64,000 nt of DNA from Eledone cirrhosa (taxonomy: Eukaryota), in the NCBI GenBank assembly GCA_964016885.1, contig OZ024744.1:65348001-65412000 (forward strand), written 5' to 3'. This document shows, piece after piece, positions 50,323 through 62,362 of this stretch (its first letter is position 1; the number at the start of each line of letters is the position of its first letter). The position numbers and the translations under genes are program-made. The notes below the pieces were generated by a model. It had not been told where the DNA came from. It saw only the letters and a list, made by a program, of their open reading frames with translations, and searched no databases.

Positions 50323-53300
50323 TAGGGAGGAATGGGGACGAATGGGAAGAGAGAAGGTGGTTGTAGGGAGGAATGGAAGAGAGAAGGTGGTTGTAGGGAG
50401 GAATGGAAGAGAGGTGGTGGTTGTAGGGAGGAATGGAAGAGAGAAGGTGGTTGTAGGGAGGAATGGAAGAGAGAAGGTGGTTGTAGGGAGGAATGGAAGA
50501 GAGAAGGTGGTTGTAGGGAGGAATGGAAGAGAGGTGGTGGTGGTAGGGAGGAATGGAAGAGAGGTGGTGGTGGTAGGGAGGAATGGAAGAGAGGTGGTGG
50601 TTGTAAGGAGGAATGGAAGAGAGAAGGTGGTTGTAGGGAGGAATGGAAGAGAGAAGGTGGTTGTAGGGAGGAATGGAAGAGAGAAGGTGGTTGTAGGGAG
50701 GAATGGAAGAGAGAAGGTGGTTGTAGGGAGGAATGGAAGAGAGGTGGTGGTGGTAGGGAGGAATGGAAGAGAGGTGGTGGTGGTAGGGAGGAATGGAAGA
50801 GAGGTGGTGGTGGTAGGGAGGAATGGAAGAGAGGTGGTGGTGGTAGGGAGGAATGGAAGAGAGAAGGTGGTTGTAGGGAGGAATGGAAGAGAGGTGGTGG
50901 TTGTAGGGAGGAATGGAAGAGAGGTGGTGGTTGTAGGGAGGAATGGAAGAGAGGTGGTGGTAAGGAGGAATGGAAGAGAGAAGGTGGTTGTAAGGAGGAA
51001 TGGAAGAGAGAAGGTGGTTGTAGGGAGGAATGGAAGAGAGAAGGTGGTTGTAGGGAGGAATGGAAGAGAGGTGGTTGTAGGGAGGAATGGAAGAGAGGTG
51101 GTGGTGGTAGGGAGGAATGGAAGAGAGAAGGTGGTTGTAGGGAGGAATGGAAGAGAGAAGGTGGTTGTAGGGAGGAATGGAAGAGAGAAGGTGGTTGTAG
51201 GGAGGAATGGAAGAGAGAAGGTGGTGGTAGGGAGGAATGGAAGAGAGAAGGTGGTGGTAGGGAGGAATGGAAGAGAGAAGGTGGTGGTAGGGAGGAATGG
51301 AAGAGAGAAGGTGGTTGTAGGGAGGAATGGAAGAGAGGTGGTGGTTGTAGGGAGGAATGGAAGAGAGAAGGTGGTTGTAGGGAGGAATGGAAGAGAGGTG
51401 GTGGTGGTAAGGAGGAATGGAAGAGAGGTGGTGATTGTAGGGAGGAATGGAAGAGAGGTGGTGGTAAGGAGGAATGGAAGAGAGAAGGTGGTTGTAGGGA
51501 GGAATGGAAGAGAGAAGGTGGTGGTAAGGAGGAATGGAAGGGAGAAGGTGGTTGTAGGGAGGAATGGAAGAGAGAAGGTGGTGGTAAGGAGGAATGAAAG
51601 AGAGGTGGTGATTGTAGGGAGGAATGGAAGAGAGAAGGTGGTGGTAGGGAGGAATGGAAGAGAGGTGGTGGTGGTAGGGAGGAATGGAAGAGAGAAGGTG
51701 GTGGTAAGGAGGAATGGAAGAGAGGTGGTGATTGTAGGGAGGAATGGAAGAGAGGTGGTGGTAAGGAGGAATGGAAGAGAGAAGGTGGTTGTAGGGAGGA
51801 ATGGAAGAGAGGTGGTGGTTGTAGGGAGGAATGGAAGAGAGAAGGTGGTTGTAGGGAGGAATGGAAGAGAGGTGGTGATTGTAGGGAGGAATGGAAGAGA
51901 GAAGGTGGTTGTAGGGAGGAATGGAAGAGAGAAGGTGGTTGTAGGGAGGAATGGAAGAGAGAAGGTGGTTGTAGGGAGGAATGGAAGAGAGGTGGTGGTT
52001 GTAGGGAGGAATGGAAGAGAGAAGGTGGTTGTAGGGAGGAATGGAAGAGAGGTGGTGGTGGTAGGGAGGAATGGAAGAGAGGTGGTGGTTGTAGGGAGGA
52101 ATGGAAGAGAGAAGGTGGTTGTAGGGAGGAATGGAAGAGAGGTGGTGGTTGTAGGGAGGAATGGAAGAGAGGTGGTGATTGTAGGGAGGAATGGAAGAGA
52201 GAAGGTGGTTGTAGGGAGGAATGGAAGAGAGGTGGTGGTTGTAGGGAGGAATGGAAGAGAGGTGGTGGTAAGGAGGAATGGAAGAGAGAAGGTGGTTGTA
52301 GGGAGGAATGGAAGAGAGGTGGTGGTGGTAGGGAGGAATGGAAGAGAGGTGGTGGTTGTAGGGAGGAATGGAAGAGAGAAGGTGGTTGTAGGGAGGAATG
52401 GAAGAGAGGTGGTGGTTGTAGGGAGGAATGGAAGAGAGGTGGTGATTGTAGGGAGGAATGGAAGAGAGAAGGTGGTTGTAGGGAGGAATGGAAGAGAGGT
52501 GGTGGTGGTAGGGAGGAATGGAAGAGAGGTGGTGGTTGTAGGGAGGAATGGAAGAGAGGTGGTGGTTGTAGGGAGGAATGGAAGAGAGGTGGTGGTTGTA
52601 GGGAGGAATGGAAGAGAGAAGGTGGTTGTAGGGAGGAATGGAAGAGAGGTGGTGGTTGTAGGGAGGAATGGAAGAGAGAAGGTGGTTGTAGGGAGGAATG
52701 GAAGAGAGAAGGTGGTTGTAGGGAGGAATGGAAGAGAGAAGGTGGTTGTAGGGAGGAATGGAAGAGAGGTGGTGGTTGTAGGGAGGAATGGAAGAGAGAA
52801 GGTGGTTGTAGGGAGGAATGGAAGAGAGGTGGTGGTGGTAGGGAGGAATGGAAGAGAGGTGGTGGTTGTAGGGAGGAATGGAAGAGAGAAGGTGGTTGTA
52901 GGGAGGAATGGAAGAGAGGTGGTGGTTGTAGGGAGGAATGGAAGAGAGAAGGTGGTTGTAGGGAGGAATGGAAGAGAGAAGGTGGTTGTAGGGAGGAATG
53001 GAAGAGAGAAGGTGGTTGTAGGGAGGAATGGAAGAGAGGTGGTGGTTGTAGGGAGGAATGGAAGAGAGGTGGTGGTGGTAGGGAGGAATGGAAGAGAGGT
53101 GGTGGTTGTAGGGAGGAATGGAAGAGAGGTGGTGGTGGTAGGGAGGAATGGAAGAGAGGTGGTGGTTGTAGGGAGGAATGGAAGAGAGAAGGTGGTTGTA
53201 GGGAGGAATGGAAGAGAGGTGGTGGTTGTAGGGAGGAATGGAAGAGAGGTGGTGGTTGTAGGGAGGAATGGAAGAGAGAAGGTGGTTGTAGGGAGGAATG

Positions 53301-56300
53301 GAAGAGAGGTGGTGGTTGTAGGGAGGAATGGAAGAGAGGTGGTGGTAAGGAGGAATGGAAGAGAGAAGGTGGTTGTAAGGAGGAATGGAAGAGAGAAGGT
53401 GGTTGTAGGGAGGAATGGAAGAGAGAAGGTGGTGGTAGGGAGGAATGGAAGAGAGGTGGTGGTGGTAGGGAGGAATGGAAGAGAGGTGGTGGTGGTAGGG
53501 AGGAATGGAAGAGAGGTGGTGGTTGTAGGGAGGAATGGAAGAGAGGTGGTGGTGGTAGGGAGGAATGGAAGAGAGGTGGTGGTTGTAGGGAGGAATGGAA
53601 GAGAGAAGGTGGTTGTAGGGAGGAATGGAAGAGAGGTGGTGGTTGTAGGGAGGAATGGAAGAGAGGTGGTGGTTGTAGGGAGGAATGGAAGAGAGAAGGT
53701 GGTTGTAGGGAGGAATGGAAGAGAGAAGGTGGTTGTAGGGAGGAATGGAAGAGAGAAGGTGGTTGTAGGGAGGAATGGAAGAGAGGTGGTGGTTGTAGGG
53801 AGGAATGGAAGAGAGGTGGTGGTGGTAGGGAGGAATGGAAGAGAGGTGGTGGTTGTAGGGAGGAATGGAAGAGAGGTGGTGGTGGTAGGGAGGAATGGAA
53901 GAGAGGTGGTGGTTGTAGGGAGGAATGGAAGAGAGAAGGTGGTTGTAGGGAGGAATGGAAGAGAGGTGGTGGTGGTAGGGAGGAATGGAAGAGAGAAGGT
54001 GGTTGTAGGGAGGAATGGAAGAGAGAAGGTGGTTGTAGGGAGGAATGGAAGAGAGGTGGTGGTTGTAGGGAGGAATGGAAGAGAGGTGGTGGTTGTAGGG
54101 AGGAATGGAAGAGAGGTGGTGGTGGTAGGGAGGAATGGAAGAGAGAAGGTGGTTGTAGGGAGGAATGGAAGAGAGAAGGTGGTGGTAGGGAGGAATGGAA
54201 GAGAGGTGGTGGTTGTAGGGAGGAATGGAAGAGAGGTGGTGGTTGTAGGGAGGAATGGAAGAGAGGTGGTGGTGGTAGGGAGGAATGGAAGAGAGGTGGT
54301 GGTTGTAGGGAGGAATGGAAGAGAGGTGGTGGTGGTAGGGAGGAATGGAAGAGAGGTGGTGGTTGTAGGGAGGAATGGAAGAGAGAAGGTGGTTGTAGGG
54401 AGGAATGGAAGAGAGGTGGTGGTGGTAGGGAGGAATGGAAGAGAGAAGGTGGTTGTAGGGAGGAATGGAAGAGAGAAGGTGGTTGTAGGGAGGAATGGAA
54501 GAGAGGTGGTGGTTGTAGGGAGGAATGGAAGAGAGGTGGTGGTTGTAGGGAGGAATGGAAGAGAGGTGGTGGTGGTAGGGAGGAATGGAAGAGAGAAGGT
54601 GGTTGTAGGGAGGAATGGAAGAGAGAAGGTGGTGGTAGGGAGGAATGGAAGAGAGGTGGTGGTTGTAGGGAGGAATGGAAGAGAGGTGGTGGTTGTAGGG
54701 AGGAATGGAAGAGAGGTGGTGGTGGTAGGGAGGAATGGAAGAGAGGTGGTGGTTGTAGGGAGGAATGGAAGAGAGGTGGTGGTGGTAGGGAGGAATGGAA
54801 GAGAGGTGGTGGTGGTAGGGAGGAATGGAAGAGAGAAGGTGGTTGTAGGGAGGAATGGAAGAGAGAAGGTGGTTGTAGGGAGGAATGGAAGAGAGGTGGT
54901 GGTAAGGAGGAATGGAAGAGAGGTGGTGGTTGTAGGGAGGAATGGAAGAGAGGTGGTGGTTGTAGGGAGGAATGGAAGAGAGAAGGTGGTTGTAGGGAGG
55001 AATGGAAGAGAGGTGGTGGTTGTAGGGAGGAATGGAAGAGAGGTGGTGGTTGTAGGGAGGAATGGAAGAGAGGTGGTGGTGGTAGGGAGGAATGGAAGAG
55101 AGGTGGTGGTTGTAGGGAGGAATGGAAGAGAGGTGGTGGTGGTAGGGAGGAATGGAAGAGAGGTGGTGGTTGTAGGGAGGAATGGAAGAGAGGTGGTGGT
55201 GGTAGGGAGGAATGGAAGAGAGAAGGTGGTTGTAGGGAGGAATGGAAGAGAGAAGGTGGTTGTAGGGAGGAATGGAAGAGAGACAGTGATGGTTGTAGGG
55301 AGGAATGGAAGAGAGACAGTGATGGTTGTAGGGAGGAATGGAAGAGAGGTGGTGGTTGTAGGGAGGAATGGAAGAGAGAAGGTGGTTGTAGGGAGGAATG
55401 GAAGAGAGGTGGTGGTGGTAGGGAGGAATGGAAGAGAGGTGGTGGTGGTAGGGAGGAATGGAAGAGAGAAGGTGGTTGTAGGGAGGAATGGAACAGAGGT
55501 GGTGGTTGTAGGGAGGAATGGAAGAGAGGTGGTGGTTGTAGGGAGGAATGGAAGAGAGAAGGTGGTTGTAGGGAGGAATGGAAGAGAGGTGGTGGTGGTA
55601 GGGAGGAATGGAAGAGAGGTGGTGGTTGTAGGGAGGAATGGAAGAGAGGTGGTGGTTGTAGGGAGGAATGGAAGAGAGAAGGTGGTTGTAGGGAGGAATG
55701 GAAGAGAGAAGGTGGTTGTAGGGAGGAATGGAAGAGAGACAGTGATGGTTGTAGGGAGGAATGGAAGAGAGACAGTGGTGGTTTTAGGGAGGAATGGAAG
55801 AGAGACAGTGATGGTTGTAGGGAGGAATGGAAGAGAGACAGTGGTGGTTGTAGGGAGGAATGGAAGAGAGGTGGTGGTTGTAGGGAGGAATGGAAGAGAG
55901 GTGGTGGTTGTAGGGAGGAATGGAAGAGAGAAGGTGGTTGTAGGGAGGAATGGAAGAGAGGTGGTGGTTGTAGGGAGGAATGGAAGAGAGGTGGTGGTTG
56001 TAGGGAGGAATGGAAGAGAGAAGGTGGTTGTAGGGAGGAATGGAAGAGAGGTGGTGGTTGTAGGGAGGAATGGAAGAGAGGTGGTGGTTGTAGGGAGGAA
56101 TGGAAGAGAGAAGGTGGTTGTAGGGAGGAATGGAAGAGAGAAGGTGGTTGTAGGGAGGAATGGAAGAGAGGTGGTGGTTGTAGGGAGGAATGGAAGAGAG
56201 GTGGTGGTTGTAGGGAGGAATGGAAGAGAGACAGTGATGGTTGTAGGGAGGAATGGAAGAGAGGTGGTGGTTGTAGGGAGGAATGGAAGAGAGACAGTGA

Positions 56301-56428
56301 TGGTTGTAGGGAGGAATGGAAGAGAGGTGGTGGTTGTAGGGAGGAATGGAAGAGAGACAGTGGTGGTTGTAGGGAGGAATGGAAGAGAGACAGTGATGGT
56401 TGTAGGGAGGAATGGAAGAGAGACAGTA
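50323..56428. repeat. 30-bp purine-rich minisatellite, about 200 units (GTAGGGAGGAATGGAAGAGA[GAA/GGT]GGTGG[T/TG]..)
   Basis: Direct reading, with 27- and 33-bp variant units. Confidence 0.98.
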
Positions 56429-57599
56429 ATGATAACAAGTTTGCTAATAAGAAAGCAGATGATGAATAGTAATAGAGATGAATGATGGTAAAATAGAGTA
56501 ACTAATGACCTGGAGTACAGGGTGTTTCAGCTGAGAGCACAGAAAATGTGAGGGTAGGGTGTATCAAATACAAGATCTGATGCAATCCCTCATACATAGC
56601 TGTTGTGATGGTGGGAAAGAAGTAGAATGATAAGGTAGATGTGGTTCGAATACAGACAGGTTCAATGCAACCCTTGCTGCATGACTGGCATTGTACAGTA
56701 AATGTGTGTGTGTGAAAGATCCAATGCCATCTTGAGTACTGTACAGTGAAAAGGAGGGTGACTGCTAAGAGGGTATCATAGGGGTGGAGGACAGTGATTG
56801 AGAAACTGAATAGGGTCATAGGCAAGAGACTTAACTGTAGATATATACCTCCTAGCCACTATCACTACCCAACATGTTAATATTTCATCATACTTGCACA
56901 GGTTGGCAGCACCACTATAAGCCAGTTATTATGATTCTTTGTTACCTTTGTCAGGTTCAGCCTTCCGTGATCATCTTTACAGGTTCCAAATGTTTTGAGT
57001 ACTTTGCACTTCTCTATACAGCTGTCACCTTCCATACATACCACATGCCTATACCATTTCCAGCTTTTCTCTCAGCTCATTTGTACTCCATTCTTTATGT
57101 ACATGAACATTATACATCTACCAGAGCGTGTTTGATTCATTCCTTCGTTTTTGTAAATTCTCTGCATTTGAGACCAACTCTTCACCAGCATGCAACATCA
57201 CAACACACAAGCACCATATAATCTGCATTTCACTGAACTTCTGGCCCCATGACTATTGTCTCATTAAACACCTGTTTTCCCTGCTAGCAAAGGTTGGATG
57301 AATTGTCACAAAGCTACTGACCTCTCAGACATGCCAGGGGACACATCTCACACTGTAGATGGTACTGGATGCATTTTATCAAGGCACCAGCACTAAAGAG
57401 GTTGTCATATCTTTGACTCAACAGAAGAGACCTCTCAACTCTTTTTGGACATAGTTTCAACAGCTGAATGCCTTTTTTATCACCTTACAGGGTGTACTAG
57501 GTGCATAGAGTGGGAGAAGGGTACTGTGATGATGAGACTAGTTACTAAGGAGTGATTTTATACCAGTAGGTGAGTGTTCTCCAGTACCATATGTTGCCA

Positions 57600-58060
57600 A
57601 TTCTTGCAGTCCTAAGTCATCTCTGTCATGAGATTCACCTTTCTGAGGTTGGGCTTCATTACTTCATCCCAGGTCTTCCTTCGGTTTACCTCTTCCATGA
57701 GTCTCACCCATCGAGATTTCTGTCATCTTCCATATGCATCACATGTCCATACCAATACAGTCTGCATTGGATTCCTCAGAGTTTTATGGCCAGTTCAATA
57801 TGCTACTTTATTAATGAACACTCCAATTGGAGCATGCATACTTCATTTCTTTCTAGCCTTCACAATATTTATGCAGTCAAGGACTATGTCTCAGTGCCAT
57901 GTTGCATTGCAGTTTGTATGCAGGTATCATCCAGTAAATCCTTCACTATCTACTTTGTTGCCAGAAGGAGTACTAACACCCCAAATTTCTTCCAGCCCAT
58001 TCCTACTATTGCTAATACATTTTCGGAGAATCAGGCTGTGTCTACCTTGATCAGTAAATA
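57600..58060 (-). mobile_element. Degenerate RTE-type LINE fragment
   Basis: Reverse complement aligns with the 21170-21750 and 44100-44630 RT 3' regions. Confidence 0.75.
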
Positions 58061-58397
58061 CTATCTAAAACCATACTGAGCCTTTGAAATATTTTTGTAC
58101 TGACACAGTAAAGGTTTTTCAAACTAACTCATGTCCACATCATCCAACCTTGCTATTAAACATCTTCCTTCAAACTGTTAGAAATAGCAGCAAAAATCTT
58201 TCCAAATTACACCCAAATGTTTTAAATATAGAAGGAAGAAGTAGTCCTAGTTGCATTGACTGAAAAATAAAATTGTTACAGGGAGGACAAATTTGATTAT
58301 AAGTCTAATCAATCATGTAACTAACTAGGTGTCTAAACAACAGCATAAACATGTGTCCATAAGAAAACTATATAGACACGCAGCAATAAAATCTCAC

Positions 58398-58503
58398 CCT
58401 TTAGATCCTCTGTCATCATCCCTGGTTTTGAAAGAATAACGTCGCTTTGTACGGCTGGCTTGCCGGAACGTTGTCAGATCTGGAAGAACAGCTTGCTCTT
58501 CAC
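58398..58503 (-). CDS. CDC42BPA: MRCK exon (CNH-CRIB linker): (S)EEQAVLPDLTTFRQASRTKRRYSFKTRDDDRGSK(G)
   Basis: Acceptor ttctgttttag, donor gtgag, 106 nt, phase 1->2. Contains the MRCK hallmark KRRYSF. Confidence 0.92.
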
Positions 58504-58532
58504 CTAAAACAGAACACAAAAATATTCTTAGA

Positions 58533-58742
58533 TTAACCCTTTATCATTTTTATTACTCTATATATACTATTGTATTTTTGTTGTTAAGGCTTTCTCACAT
58601 AATCACTGAATCTATGAGATTTTGATATTATTTTGAGAGCAATACCTTAACATCAGTGTGTGTAGCCGGTTATAGCTAGTTTAAACAGAAAAAGGTGAGA
58701 GAATTCTGGACAGATACAGCCAGTTTAAATGCTAAAGGTTAA
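58533..58742 (+). mobile_element. MITE family 1 copy, 30 bp upstream of the acceptor of exon 58398-58503
   Basis: ttaaccctttatcattt...aaatgctaaaggttaa. Confidence 0.85.
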
Positions 58743-58924
58743 ACAACATTTTTGTTGCTTTTGGTTAACCCCTTTCCCCCTAACATTTTATGGATGAAAG
58801 GCAAAACTGACCTCAGCTGGATTTGAATTCAGAATATAAAGAGCCAAAAGAAATACTGTTAAACATTTCTCTGACATTCTAAAGATTGCCAATCTCACCA
58901 CCATTATAATATATTATAAATAAG

Positions 58925-59116
58925 GGCGGTGGATTGGCAGTGTCGGTAGAGGGTCAGACGCCATGCTTTGACGCATAGAGTTACGGCCCTTGCCATTCTG
59001 AGTTCAAATCCCGCCGAGGTTAACTTTGCCTTTCATCCTTACGGGGTCGATAAAATAAAGTACCAATAATGTACTGGGTAATTTTTGGCCTTGTGCCAAA
59101 AGTAGAAACAATTATA
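58925..59116 (+). mobile_element. tRNA-derived SINE, well-preserved copy
   Basis: A box TGGCAGTGTCGG, B box GAGTTCAAATCC, central gcctttcatccttacggggtcgataaaataaagtacc (recalls a MetaSINE-type core; unverified) and AT-rich tail. Confidence 0.85.
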
Positions 59117-59635
59117 AATATTTGAAGTAACAAACCCATTTTTCGATATATTCAGCTAAATTATTAAAGGATGTTATGAGTTAAAATAACCATTATATGA
59201 AATGAACTCACAATTGTTGATATTAAAATAGAGAAGTACAATATTCTATCTATACTACTGAGTAGTTACTAAAGAGGATTATATTTTTCCAGAACAAACT
59301 TTAATAACTTGACAGTTCAGGGGGAAAAAAAAATGTGTAAATGTATCATCATCATCATCGTTTAACGTCCACTTTCCCCACTATCATGGTTAGACAGGTT
59401 GTCCCATTAGAGGAAAGTTGGGCCAGGTGACAATGTCCTGCTCACACAAACTGTTTCTGGCCAGATTTCTACAGCTGGATGCCCTTCCTAACGCCAACCA
59501 CATTTACAGTGGGAAATACAATTTTTTATTTTTTACACATACATTCACCCAAAATGTAATTTATCTTTAATTTGTTATTTTATATTTTGTTAATTACTTG
59601 TATAAATCTCTTAGAATAAGAAAATAAAAACTTAC

Positions 59636-59723
59636 TAATCTCTGTGTTCTTCAGATAGACAATGTGTTGTGAATCTAGATTACTGAACAAATTCAAGGAG
59701 CCATCTTTGCAAATTGGTTTGGT
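59636..59723 (-). CDS. CDC42BPA: MRCK exon (end of CNH domain): TKPICKDGSLNLFSNLDSQHIVYLKNTEI
   Basis: Acceptor atatttcag, donor gtaagt, 88 nt, phase 0->1. Resembles MRCK VRPLNNEGSLNLLGLETIRLIYFKN. Confidence 0.92.
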
Positions 59724-59784
59724 CTGAAATATGTATATTAAATTATTTTATAGGTTTCATTCTGGAATGTTAGAATTTTCAAAA

Positions 59785-59848
59785 AAAGAGTAGAGGGAGA
59801 GAGAGAGAGATGGAGAGAGAGAGAGAGATGGAGAGGGAGAGAGAGAGA

Positions 59849-59920
<72 letters not shown>

Positions 59921-59925
59921 TGGAG
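59785..59925. repeat. (GA)n microsatellite (CT tract on the gene strand, upstream of the exon 59636-59723 acceptor)
   Basis: Direct reading. Confidence 0.95.
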
Positions 59926-60034
59926 AATAAGTAGATTTGGTGTATGTATTGTTGAAGGCACAAGATAGATTTCAAGATGTAGTGCTTAAGAGCTTCTGGT
60001 AAAGCTGAATGTGACTACAGGTGCAAACCTCAGT

Positions 60035-60245
60035 AATAATTTGTTCTAACACTGGCACAAGGCCAGCAATCTGGGAGAAAGGGGAAGTTGATATTTACCC
60101 CAGTATTTAACTGGTACTTTATTTTATTGACACCTGAAAGATGAAAGACAATGTTGACCGTAGCAGAATTTGAACTCAGACCGTAGGAAGTAATAAATAT
60201 TGCAAAGCCTTTTGTCAGACGTTCTACTGATTCTGCCATTCTACT
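60035..60245 (-). mobile_element. tRNA-derived SINE copy
   Basis: Reverse complement of the 58925-59116 family. Confidence 0.8.
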
Positions 60246-60477
60246 GCTCTGTAAACTGCAGTGATAACAGGAATTAGACAGAAGATATAACTGCTGCTAT
60301 TAATGTATTACATGAAAAAGAAAAAAGTTAAGCCTTTTGATACCAACCTACCCAAAATTGCCTTTAAAGTTTCTTATTCAAATTAAAGTCTTCCAACAAT
60401 TTTATTTTTAAAATGTTTTGTTACAAATACCATCTTAGTAACTGAATTAATTTTTGTAAATCCCTCCAAATTCCTCA

Positions 60478-60697
60478 TTAACCCTTTAGCTTTTACATTA
60501 TTCTATATATATTATTGTATTTTTGTGGTAAAGGCTTTATCTTATATAATTGTCTCACATAATATCGAATCTGAGATTTTGATGTTATTTATTTTGAGAA
60601 CAATACCTTAACATTGGTGTGAGTGGCCAGTTAGGGCTAGTTTGAACAGAAAGAGGTGAGAGAATTCTGGCCAGTTACGGCTGGTTTAAATGCTAAA
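60478..60697 (+). mobile_element. MITE family 1 copy nested in a family 2 MITE
   Basis: ttaaccctttagctttta...taaatgctaaa. Right end truncated. Flanks are the family 2 left and right parts. Confidence 0.75.
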
Positions 60698-60858
60698 TTC
60701 AAATACAGTAAAAAGAGTTTAAAAAAAACAACCAAAACTAAAGCTGCAATAGAATCCTATGGGGTTTGTATCTATTGTAATAAACAAAAAGAGTGAGTTG
60801 ACCAGTTAATGAAGTAGTGAAAAACTGAGAACTGACAAAAAAGTTAAGGGTTACTTAC

Positions 60859-60956
60859 TTTTCTCAGACAAATTGTTTGAATCCAAGCAGTGTTTCTCAC
60901 ATCGTATACAAATATTGAGTTTTCAGCATAACATAATAGATATGGGTGGTTGATGG
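60859..60956 (-). CDS. CDC42BPA: MRCK exon (CNH domain): (T)INHPYLLCYAENSIFVYDVRNTAWIQTICLRK
   Basis: Acceptor attattacag, donor gtaagt, 98 nt, phase 1->0. Resembles MRCK PYLSVYSENAVDIFDVNSMEWIQTLPLKK. Confidence 0.92.
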
Positions 60957-60989
60957 CTGTAATAATAGTAGTAATAATAATGATGATGA

Positions 60990-61203
60990 TTTCTGATTTA
61001 GGCACAAGGCCAACAATTTGGGGGGACGGAGAAAGTCAATTAAATTGACCCCAGTGCATTACTGGTACTCTATTTTATCGACCCCTGTAAGGAAGAAAGG
61101 CAAAGCTAACCTCAGCAGGATTTGAACTCAGAGTATAAAGGAGCACAACTATGCCACAAAGCATATTGTCCAACGCTCTACCGACTCTCCCAATCCACTG
61201 CCC
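60990..61203 (-). mobile_element. tRNA-derived SINE, full-length copy
   Basis: Minus strand reads gggcagtggattgggagagtcggtagagcg...ctgagttcaaatcctgctgaggttagctttgcctttc. Confidence 0.85.
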
Positions 61204-62133
61204 AATAATTCTAATAATAACAAAAATAATACATTTCTCATGTCTAATAATCAACATATAATTCCACGCAGGTATGAGGTGGATGAGACTCGGTTATTTT
61301 GAGAGTTATTCTATAGCCAGATGTCATTCCTTACACCAACATTGACTTGTCTTTTAAGTAAGATACTGATTTCTCATGTTGAACTGCACCAAACTGAGAT
61401 ACAAACAAATGTCACTGGCTACACAGGCAGTGTCAATGTAAAGTGAAGAAATACACACATATCATCATCATTAAACATCTGCTTTCCCTGCTAGCAAAGG
61501 TTGCACAGGTCTACATAGATCAAATCTACCCTGAAGCAAAGCTACTGACCTCCAAGACACTCTGAGGGGTCTGCATCCTGCTTATGTACTATTGAGTGCA
61601 GAGAAGTTGCCATGTCTTTTAAAACAAACTGAATGGTCCTCCTAACCCCTTGTTTGGCAAGCTTTCTACGGCTGGATACCCTTCCTAACACCAACCACTT
61701 TGCAGCATATATTGGGTGCTTTTAATATGCACTAAGGATATTGTCATGTCTTTGACACAAAGGGTCCTCCCAACCCTTTGTTTGGTGAACTTTTTACAGC
61801 TAGATATATTTTTTTTATATGTGATATGCTTCCATCTAGTTTTTGCCTACCAATCCTACTCACATAGCATTGGTCAGCCTGAGGCTATAGTAGAATACAT
61901 GTCTAAATTGCCACACAGCAGATAAAACCCCAAAATACATGGTTGTCAAGCAAAGTTCTTAGCGACACAGCCAGGTTTGTCATTAAGTTTTAAAATATCT
62001 AAGTAGTATACTTTCATCGCTTTAACATATACACAGTATTAGGACAACAACATCAACAGTGGGTCATAATATCAAAATTTATTGCTACGGTGTTGCGGTA
62101 CAGCTGGCTTCTAACTCTCAACTTGAAACTTTG

Positions 62134-62362
62134 TTAACCCTTTAGCATTTACATTACTCTATATTTACTATTGTATTTTCATGGTAAACACTTTACCTCA
62201 CGTAATTATCTCACATAATATCAAATCTATGAGATTTTGAAATTATTTATTATTTGAACAATACCTTAACATAAGTATGAGCAGCCGGTAATGGTTGGTT
62301 TGAATAGAAAGAGATGAGAGAATTCTGGCTGGATACGGCCAGTTTAAATGCTAATGGGTTAA
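62134..62362 (+). mobile_element. MITE family 1 copy
   Basis: ttaaccctttagcatttacatt...aaatgctaatgggttaa. Confidence 0.88.

Noticed and set aside
50323-56428. Resemblance to a CRISPR array (regular ~30 bp period)
   Set aside because: No unique spacers, no cas genes, and a eukaryotic intron context.
50220-56485. ~2070 aa ORFs on both strands (PPLFHSSLQ and GRNGREVVVV repeats)
   Set aside because: A 30-bp unit with GGT slippage keeps frame trivially. The near absence of C on + removes minus-strand stops. There are no unique domains and it is intronic to MRCK.
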